Source: Erysipelotrichaceae bacterium OH741_COT-311 (GTDB lineage Bacteria; Bacillota_I; Bacilli_A; Erysipelotrichales; Erysipelotrichaceae). Taken from it: 32,000 nt of DNA. This document shows, in pieces, positions 8,437 to 14,898 of the stretch. The position numbers and the translations under genes are program-made. Position 1 is the stretch's first letter. The number at the start of each line of letters is the position of its first letter. A model generated the notes under the pieces. That model was not told where the DNA came from and ran no database searches. It saw only the letters and a list, made by a program, of their open reading frames with translations. The stretch lies in the NCBI GenBank assembly GCA_003858585.1, contig RQZE01000009.1, forward strand, positions 30,001-62,000, in the 5' to 3' direction.

Positions 8437-8761
8437 AAAAGGATTTATAAGTACTACAGCATTAGTTATGTTGTTATTTACCACAAGTTTGTTATCCCTT
8501 ATTTTATTTAAAGATATGCAAAACCTAAAAGCGATGAATTCGATTTTGCAGGCAAACAAAAAATTTCTGGTAGAAGAAAAAATGATTCAAACATTTCGGT
8601 GTGCTTTAAAGCAAGAAGAAATACCAAAGGAATATACATTAGAAGATATTGAGATTTCTATTGAACAAAATCAAGATGAATTTACGGTTTGGTCTTCCTT
8701 ATTACCGTATAAATTGTATTTTATAGTTAAGGATCAAAAGATTATAGATTTTTATTATTAA
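8417..8761 (+). CDS. comGG: minor pseudopilin ComGG-like
   Basis: MLYPEYKKG|FISTTALVMLLFTTSLL resembles the B. subtilis ComGG RG|FIYPAVLF motif, with no Glu at +5. It is the last gene of the operon and overlaps comGF by 20 nt. Confidence 0.6.
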   Translation: MLYPEYKKGFISTTALVMLLFTTSLLSLILFKDMQNLKAMNSILQANKKFLVEEKMIQTFRCALKQEEIPKEYTLEDIEISIEQNQDEFTVWSSLLPYKLYFIVKDQKIIDFYY

Positions 8762-8789
8762 TTGACAAAAATAAGGATTGCTATAAAAT
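8762..8789 (+). promoter_or_regulatory. candidate sigma-A promoter for efp
   Basis: TTGACA (8762-8767) starts immediately after the comGG stop. A 16 nt spacer precedes TAAAAT (8784-8789), 22 nt before ATG 8812. Confidence 0.55.
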
Positions 8790-8811
8790 AGTAAAGTAGG
8801 ATGGTGAAGAG

Positions 8812-9369
8812 ATGATAATTGTAAATGATTTAAAACCAGGGACAACATTTGAACATGAAGGAAATATTTTCGTTGTTCTGGATATTGCACACAATAAGAC
8901 AGCAATGCGTCAAATGATTGTTAAGGTAAAAGTAAGAAACTTACGATCTGGAGTGATTAATGAATTGTCTTTTACAGGTGGAGACAAAGTTGATCAAGCA
9001 ATGGTGGAAAAGAAAGAAATGCAATATTTATATGATTCTGGAGATGCGTTAGTATTTATGGATACAAGTACATACGATCAAATAGAAATCAATAAAGATA
9101 AACTAGCATGGGAAATTAATTTCTTAAAAGAAAATTCAATGGTAAATATTTCAATGTATGAACAAGAAATCTTAGGTGTTATTTTACCAGATAAAGTGGA
9201 ATTACAAGTAGTAGAATGTGAACCTGCTGTGAAGGGTGATACTGCAACAAGTGCTAGTAAAATGGCTAAACTAGAAACAGGATTAGAGTTAAAAGTACCA
9301 TTGTTTATTAATCAAGATGAAATGATTTTAGTTTCAACAGCTGATGGTAAATATTCAAGTAGAGCATAA
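8812..9369 (+). CDS. efp: translation elongation factor P (non-canonical loop, see findings)
   Basis: 185 aa. It aligns without gaps to B. subtilis EF-P, which is the same length: MIxVND..G, RNLRSG, MQYLY, FMDTSTY, KGDTA, ETG..VPLF. Confidence 0.93.
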   Translation: MIIVNDLKPGTTFEHEGNIFVVLDIAHNKTAMRQMIVKVKVRNLRSGVINELSFTGGDKVDQAMVEKKEMQYLYDSGDALVFMDTSTYDQIEINKDKLAWEINFLKENSMVNISMYEQEILGVILPDKVELQVVECEPAVKGDTATSASKMAKLETGLELKVPLFINQDEMILVSTADGKYSSRA

Positions 9370-9390
9370 AGGTCAATTTTGACCTTTTTG
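9369..9390 (+). terminator. intrinsic terminator after efp
   Basis: AAGGTC (9369-9374) pairs with GACCTT (9381-9386), with a 6-nt loop followed by TTTGTTT. Confidence 0.55.
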
Positions 9391-9419
9391 TTTACAATTT
9401 TATGAATATTGATTATAAT
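9391..9419 (+). promoter_or_regulatory. sigma-A promoter driving the FMN riboswitch and ribU
   Basis: TTTACA (9391-9396), 17 nt spacer, TATAAT (9414-9419). The riboswitch starts about 10 nt downstream. Confidence 0.6.
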
Positions 9420-9429
9420 AATTTACAAT

Positions 9430-9545
9430 AAAACTTTTAGGGCAGGGTGTAATTCCCGACCGGTGGTAAACTCCACGAGCCATATTTATGGTTGAACTTG
9501 TGAAATTCAAGTAGCGACAGTAAAGTCTGGATGAAAGAAAGGTTT
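9430..9545 (+). promoter_or_regulatory. FMN riboswitch (RFN element)
   Basis: Conserved RFN blocks are present: AGGGCAGGGTGTAATTCCCGACCGGTGGTA, CCACGAGC, GTGAAATTCA and GCGACAGTAAAGTCTGGATGAAAGAAAG. They match the B. subtilis ribD leader pattern (GGGCAGGGTGAAATTCCC.ACCGGCGGT...CCGCGAGC...GCCGACAGT.CAGTCTGGATG.GAGAAG). It sits directly upstream of a RibU-type transporter. Confidence 0.9.
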
Positions 9546-9564
9546 TTCTTTTGTTTTTAATCCT

Positions 9565-9588
9565 AAGGTTTTGATAACCTTTTTTTAT
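9565..9588 (+). terminator. riboswitch expression-platform terminator
   Basis: AAGGTT (9565-9570) pairs with AACCTT (9576-9581), followed by a T-run. A second AAGGTT copy in the 3' side of the aptamer (9539-9544) could pair alternatively, giving anti-terminator logic. Confidence 0.5.
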
Positions 9589-9611
9589 TGGTTATTTAAA
9601 AGGAGAAGAAA

Positions 9612-10220
9612 ATGAACACAAAACAACTATTTACAACAAAGAAGATGGCAATTGTAGCGATTTTAGCATCTATGAGTGCGGTATTAATGTTAATCAGTTT
9701 TCCACTACCATTTTTCCCATCGTTTTATCGTTTGGATTTTAGTGAAGTGCCTGTTTTAATTGGTGCCTTTGCCTTAGGACCTATTTATGGAATTATGATT
9801 GAGGTCATTAAAATTTTATTAAATACCATTTTAAATGGAACTATTACTGCTTATGTAGGAGAAATTGCAAATCTATTAATCGGTATTTCTTTTGTGGTTC
9901 CAGCAAGTATTATTTATCGTGCAAATAAGACGAAGAAAGGTGCATTAATCGCATTGCTTTCTTCGATGATGATTATGACTACATGTGCAGTTGTGTTGAA
10001 CTATTTTGTATTAATACCTGCCTATAGTGCAATTGCCAATTTCCCGTTAGAAGCAATTTTATCTATGGGTTCCAAGATTAATCCATTGGTTGTTAATAAG
10101 CTATCATTTGTCTTATTTATGACATTACCATTCAACGTATTAAAAGGAGTATTAGTTTCAATTATTCTTATTATGATTTATAAAAATATTTCCACGCTGA
10201 TTAAGCGTGTAATAGCGTAA
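9612..10220 (+). CDS. ribU: riboflavin transporter, ECF S-component RibU (YpaA family)
   Basis: 202 aa with six predicted TM segments. The FPLPFFPSFYRLDFSEVPVLIGAFALGP motif is typical of RibU. It is preceded by the FMN riboswitch. Confidence 0.88.
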   Translation: MNTKQLFTTKKMAIVAILASMSAVLMLISFPLPFFPSFYRLDFSEVPVLIGAFALGPIYGIMIEVIKILLNTILNGTITAYVGEIANLLIGISFVVPASIIYRANKTKKGALIALLSSMMIMTTCAVVLNYFVLIPAYSAIANFPLEAILSMGSKINPLVVNKLSFVLFMTLPFNVLKGVLVSIILIMIYKNISTLIKRVIA

Positions 10221-10224
10221 GATT

Positions 10225-10887
10225 ATGTATAAAAACGATTGGGATACATTTTTGAAAACGGAGTTTGAACAAGTATATTTTAAGCAATTAGCTTCTTTTT
10301 TAAAAAAAGAATATCAAGAGAAAACTGTTTATCCACCTAAAAAAGAAGTATTTCGTATTTTTCAGCTTTGTCCATATCATAAGGTAAAAGTTGTTATTTT
10401 AGGTCAAGATCCATACCATCAACCGAATCAAGCTTGTGGTATGAGTTTTGCAGTAAATAAAGGTGTAAAACTTCCACCAAGTCTAGTTAATATTTACAAA
10501 GAAATTCGTAATGATTTGGGGATTTCAACCTTTCATCATGGATATTTATATGATTGGGCAACACAAGGAGTCTTTCTTTTAAATGCGATTTTAACAGTCG
10601 AAGCCAATAAAGCTGCATCACATCGCAATAAAGGATGGGAAATTTTTACAGATCATGTGATTGAACATTTAAACAATCGAAGCGATCCAATTGTTTTTAT
10701 GCTTTGGGGGAATTTTGCTAAAGAAAAGGCTAAATTAATTTCCAATCCACAGCACTTAGTATTAACAAGTGCACATCCATCTCCATTATCTGCGCATCAA
10801 GGTTTTTTTAACAATCATCATTTTTCAAGATGCAATACTTTTTTAAATAAGCACTATAACAAATCTATCCATTGGGAAGTTTTGTAA
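10225..10887 (+). CDS. ung: uracil-DNA glycosylase (family 1)
   Basis: 220 aa with the water-activating loop GQDPYH and the leucine-intercalation loop HPSPLSA. It starts 4 nt after the ribU stop. Confidence 0.93.
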   Translation: MYKNDWDTFLKTEFEQVYFKQLASFLKKEYQEKTVYPPKKEVFRIFQLCPYHKVKVVILGQDPYHQPNQACGMSFAVNKGVKLPPSLVNIYKEIRNDLGISTFHHGYLYDWATQGVFLLNAILTVEANKAASHRNKGWEIFTDHVIEHLNNRSDPIVFMLWGNFAKEKAKLISNPQHLVLTSAHPSPLSAHQGFFNNHHFSRCNTFLNKHYNKSIHWEVL

Positions 10888-10917
10888 TAACCACTGCGGT
10901 GGTTATTATTTATTTTT
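10887..10917 (+). terminator. intrinsic terminator after ung
   Basis: ATAACCAC (10887-10894) pairs with GTGGTTAT (10899-10906), with loop TGCG followed by TATTTATTTTT. Confidence 0.7.
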
Positions 10918-10937
10918 AAGCTTAATTTTGTTATAAT
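10909..10937 (+). promoter_or_regulatory. candidate extended -10 promoter for the orphan-cmk-der-gpsA unit
   Basis: TGtTATAAT (10929-10937) is a perfect extended -10. The -35 is poor (TTTATT, 10909-14). ATG 10958 lies 20 nt downstream, with a GGAGGA RBS. Confidence 0.5.
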
Positions 10938-10957
10938 TACAAAAGCGGAGGAATATT

Positions 10958-11878
10958 ATGGAAAAGTTATCACGTACTAAAAAATATGCCGATTTAAGAG
11001 AGAAAATTCAACATGATCGTGAAGAATTAATACATACAAATGAATTATCAACATTTAAAAATAAGTTAAATACGATTGATAGTAATCATTTTGAAAAGGC
11101 TGAGGATATTAGTGACACCAGTCATGATCCAATTCATCGTCGTAGAGAAGAGTATTTCAATACTCAAGAATCTACGGATACTTTAGAAGTTCCACAAGTG
11201 CATAGTGAGTACTTGGATGACTATATTAATGAAGTGAAAGAATATAATCGACAAAAAGGGTTATTAACTGTAGAAGATACTCAGACTAATATCTTAAGTG
11301 AGATTCGTAATCCTGAAAATAAAGTGATTCGTCCTTTTGGGGAGATTGATTTAAATCAAAATCACAATCTAGGATCTTTTAAACGAATTGATGTTGATGA
11401 AACGATGGGAAAAGATTATCAAGAATCAAATTCACTTACAGATGATACTGTACAAATTCCATTTATGTCTAATGAAGAGTTAAATAATACAATATCTTTA
11501 GAAATTAAGAATTTATTAAATCAAGGGAATATTGAATATCAAAAACAGGAAAATCCAGAACCACAAGAAGAAGTGCCTTTTACATTTAATCGAAGCAAAG
11601 AAAGTGAGGCTTTATTAAATGAAACAGTTCAAATGGTTGTAGATCCATCATTAAGAAAAGAAATACCTGTTGAACATGAAGAAAAAGAGACAAAGATTTC
11701 AACAGAAGACTTCTATAAAAGAAAGACAATTGAAGTAGAAGAAAGTGATGAGTTTGAAGATGACTATGAAGGTAATAGTCGTATTATTAATTTCGTTTTA
11801 GTATTACTTATTCTTATTTTTATAGTTATATTGGCTTTTGTAGGATATTGGATTTTATTACAAAAGGGGATTATATAG
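10958..11878 (+). CDS. hypothetical acidic protein with a single C-terminal transmembrane anchor
   Basis: 306 aa. Strong RBS (GCGGAGGAA). The first ~270 aa are Glu/Asp/Asn/Gln-rich and low in hydrophobic residues. The C-terminus IINFVLVLLILIFIVILAFVGYWILL is a TM helix followed by only 6 residues. I recognise no family. Confidence 0.65.
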   Translation: MEKLSRTKKYADLREKIQHDREELIHTNELSTFKNKLNTIDSNHFEKAEDISDTSHDPIHRRREEYFNTQESTDTLEVPQVHSEYLDDYINEVKEYNRQKGLLTVEDTQTNILSEIRNPENKVIRPFGEIDLNQNHNLGSFKRIDVDETMGKDYQESNSLTDDTVQIPFMSNEELNNTISLEIKNLLNQGNIEYQKQENPEPQEEVPFTFNRSKESEALLNETVQMVVDPSLRKEIPVEHEEKETKISTEDFYKRKTIEVEESDEFEDDYEGNSRIINFVLVLLILIFIVILAFVGYWILLQKGII

Positions 11879-11881
11879 TGC

Positions 11882-12544
11882 ATGAAAATTAATATTGCGA
11901 TTGATGGTCCAAGTGCTGCCGGTAAAAGTACGATTGCAAAAGAGTTATGCAAGCGTTTAGGGTATCGACACATTGATACAGGAGCGATGTATCGATGTGT
12001 GGCGTATAAAGCTTTAAAAAACAATATATCGTTAGATGATGAAATGCGTATTGTAGCTATGATGGATGAAACCCAAATTCGTATTAATAAAAATGGAGAA
12101 ATCTTATTGGATGGTGTCTTTGTTGAACAATACATCCGTAGTAATGAAGTATCTATGGCTGCATCCGCTGTATCGAAATTAGAGCAAGTAAGAGAACGTT
12201 TAGTAGCTCAGCAGCAAGAAATGGCAAAGGATTATGGTTATGTCATGGATGGTCGTGATATTGGTACGGTGGTATTAAAAGATTTAGCAGAAGTAAAAAT
12301 TTTCTTAACAGCATCGGCACAAGCACGTGGAGAAAGACGTCACTTACAGAATCTACAGTTGGGTATTGAAAGTGATTTGCAGTCTATTATTGAAGATATT
12401 AAACAACGTGATTTACAGGATAGTAATCGTAAGTATTCGCCTTTAAGGAAGGCAGAAGATGCGATAGAAATCGATAGCAGCCATCTATCGATTGAAGAAG
12501 TAGTAGATGCGATTATTGAAATTGTTAATAAGTATATAAAATAG
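11882..12544 (+). CDS. cmk: cytidylate kinase
   Basis: 220 aa with P-loop GPSAAGKST and the CMP-binding pattern HIDTGAMYR, DGRDIGT. Confidence 0.93.
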   Translation: MKINIAIDGPSAAGKSTIAKELCKRLGYRHIDTGAMYRCVAYKALKNNISLDDEMRIVAMMDETQIRINKNGEILLDGVFVEQYIRSNEVSMAASAVSKLEQVRERLVAQQQEMAKDYGYVMDGRDIGTVVLKDLAEVKIFLTASAQARGERRHLQNLQLGIESDLQSIIEDIKQRDLQDSNRKYSPLRKAEDAIEIDSSHLSIEEVVDAIIEIVNKYIK

Positions 12545-12562
12545 CGGAAAGGAGGTAGAGGT

Positions 12563-13873
12563 ATGATTGATGGTGTAGTAGCAATCGTGGGTCGTCCCAA
12601 TGTAGGGAAATCAACTATTTTTAATCGAATGATTAATGAGAGACTTTCCATTGTGGAAGATAGTCCCGGTGTTACAAGAGATCGTATTTATGGAAAAGGA
12701 AATTGGCTTACAAAGGAATTTCGTGTAATTGATACAGGTGGAATACAGTTGCAAGACCAAGTGTTTCAAAAACAAATTAAAATGCAAGTAGATATTGCGA
12801 TTGAAGAAGCGGATGTTATTGTTTTTGTTTGTAGTGGGAAAGAAGGTCTTACGCAAGATGATGAATATGTTGGTCGTATGCTGCTCAAGAATAAAAAACC
12901 AGTCATCTTAGCCATCAATAAAATTGATGATGGGCAATTAATTGATAATATCTATGAGTTTTATAGTCTTGGGTTAGGTGATCCTATTGCAGTAAGTGGT
13001 ATCCATGGTATTGGAATGGGTGATTTGCTAGATCAAGTGATTGTACATTTTCCTGAAAAGAAACATAAAGATTATTTAGGTATGATTAAGTTTTCTTTAA
13101 TTGGTCGTCCTAATGTGGGGAAATCTTCTTTAGTTAATGCCATTTTAAATGAAGAAAGAGTTATTGTAAGTGACATTGAAGGCACAACCAGAGATGCTAT
13201 CGATACTCCGTTTAAAGCAGATGGACAAGAATATGTTGTTATCGATACGGCAGGGATACGTAAACGTGGTAAGATTTATGAAAACATAGAAAAATACTCT
13301 GTGTTACGTGCCATGAGTGCCATTGAGCGTAGTGATGTTGTATTATTTTTAATTGATGGTGAAAAAGGTATTCTAGAGCAAGATAAGCATGTAGCTGGTT
13401 ATGCCCATGAAGCAGGTAAACCAATTATTATTGTATATAATAAATGGGATGCGGTTGAAAAAGATGAAAAGACGATGAATCAAGTGATTGAGAAAATTAG
13501 AGCAGAATTTCTATATTTAGCTTATGCTCCTATCATCTTTGTTTCAGCAAAAACTAAACAACGTGTAAATGATTTACTACCTTTAATTAATGAGGTATAT
13601 CATTACTCTAATTTGCGTATTGCAACCAATATCTTAAATGAAGTGATATTAGACGCACAATTGGTTACACCTGCACCGACACACAACGGGAAGCGTTTAA
13701 AAATCTATTATGCTTCTCAAGTTTCCACAGCTCCTCCAACCATCGTTTTATTTGTCAATGATCCGGAATTAATGCATTTTTCATATCAAAGATATATTGA
13801 AAATCGTCTAAGAGAAGCATTTGGATTTGTTGGCACAATGATTAAAATATTAGCCAGAAGGAAAGAAGGATAA
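12563..13873 (+). CDS. der: ribosome-associated GTPase Der (EngA)
   Basis: 436 aa with tandem GTPase domains (two GRPNVGKS G1 motifs, two DTGG/DTAG G3 motifs, NKxD) and a C-terminal KH-like domain. AAAGGAGG RBS. Confidence 0.95.
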   Translation: MIDGVVAIVGRPNVGKSTIFNRMINERLSIVEDSPGVTRDRIYGKGNWLTKEFRVIDTGGIQLQDQVFQKQIKMQVDIAIEEADVIVFVCSGKEGLTQDDEYVGRMLLKNKKPVILAINKIDDGQLIDNIYEFYSLGLGDPIAVSGIHGIGMGDLLDQVIVHFPEKKHKDYLGMIKFSLIGRPNVGKSSLVNAILNEERVIVSDIEGTTRDAIDTPFKADGQEYVVIDTAGIRKRGKIYENIEKYSVLRAMSAIERSDVVLFLIDGEKGILEQDKHVAGYAHEAGKPIIIVYNKWDAVEKDEKTMNQVIEKIRAEFLYLAYAPIIFVSAKTKQRVNDLLPLINEVYHYSNLRIATNILNEVILDAQLVTPAPTHNGKRLKIYYASQVSTAPPTIVLFVNDPELMHFSYQRYIENRLREAFGFVGTMIKILARRKEG

Positions 13874-14862
13874 TGAAAATTCGTGTTATAGGTAGTGGTA
13901 GTTGGGGGTGTGCATTAGCTCAAGTACTACAAGATAATCAACAAGAAGTATTAATTTATGGAATTGATCCGCAACAAGTTGAAGATATTAATGTAAATCA
14001 TAAGAATAGTAAATTTTTTGAACATGTTATATTAAATAAAGATTTAAAGGCTACATCAAATTTTGATGATGTACTAGATGCAGATATTGTGTTACTAGCT
14101 GTACCTGTTATGGCAATCGAACACGTATGTTTGCAGTTAAAAGAAAAGCTTCAACATCCAGTTATTGTTATTAATGTTGCAAAAGGGTTCCATCCAGAAA
14201 ATCATCTGCGCTTGAGTGTTGTTATTAAATCTATTTTACAGGGTAAAGTGAAAGAGGTAGTTTCTTTAATTGGTCCCTCACATGCGGAAGAAACGGTTCT
14301 AAGAATGCTTACATGCATCAATGCGGTATGTGAAAATGAAGAAGTTAGCAAAGAAATTCAACAGTTATTTTCAAATGATTACTTTAGAGTGTATCGTCAA
14401 AGTGATGTAGTTGGAGCTGAAATTGGTGTAGCTATAAAAAATGTCATGGCAATTGCAAGTGGTATTATTGAAGGTCTTGGTGAAGGTGATAATGCTAAGG
14501 CGGCTTTAATGACAAGAGGTTTAGCTGAAATTACACGTTATGGATTAGCGCACGGAGCAAAAAGTGAGACTTATCTTGGATTGACAGGAGTAGGAGACTT
14601 AATTGTTACATGTACATCAAAACATTCTCGTAATTTTCAAGCCGGCTATCAAATTGGAAAAGAAGACAGTGCTGAAAACTTTATAAAAAATAACACTAAA
14701 ACGGTCGAAGGTATTAAAAGCGCAAAAGCAGTTTATGAAGAAGCAAAAAAATTAAATATTTCAATGCCAATTACCGAGCAGGTATATCGTGTATTGTATG
14801 AAAATGAAAAACCGTCAAATACAATTAAATTACTGATGAAACGTGATTTAAAGGCTGAATAA
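13873..14862 (+). CDS. gpsA: NAD(P)H-dependent glycerol-3-phosphate dehydrogenase
   Basis: 329 aa with Rossmann motif GSGSWG and conserved GPSHAEE, KNV.AIA.G, NFQAG. The ATG overlaps the der stop (TAATG). Confidence 0.93.
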   Translation: MKIRVIGSGSWGCALAQVLQDNQQEVLIYGIDPQQVEDINVNHKNSKFFEHVILNKDLKATSNFDDVLDADIVLLAVPVMAIEHVCLQLKEKLQHPVIVINVAKGFHPENHLRLSVVIKSILQGKVKEVVSLIGPSHAEETVLRMLTCINAVCENEEVSKEIQQLFSNDYFRVYRQSDVVGAEIGVAIKNVMAIASGIIEGLGEGDNAKAALMTRGLAEITRYGLAHGAKSETYLGLTGVGDLIVTCTSKHSRNFQAGYQIGKEDSAENFIKNNTKTVEGIKSAKAVYEEAKKLNISMPITEQVYRVLYENEKPSNTIKLLMKRDLKAE

Positions 14863-14865
14863 ATT

Positions 14866-14897
14866 AAAAAGAACTTGTAGAATTACAAGTTCTTTTA
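14866..14897. terminator. bidirectional intrinsic terminator between convergent gpsA and the PBP1A gene
   Basis: 13-bp perfect stem AAAAGAACTTGTA (14867-14879) pairs with TACAAGTTCTTTT (14884-14896), loop GAAT. The A-run and T-run flanks allow termination in both directions. Confidence 0.8.
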
Positions 14898-14898
14898 T

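Noticed and set aside
11764-12856. Minus-strand ORFs 11764-12135, 12340-12651 and 12611-12856
   Set aside because: They are antisense to cmk and der, whose products are strongly conserved. These are typical shadow ORFs opposite P-loop genes.
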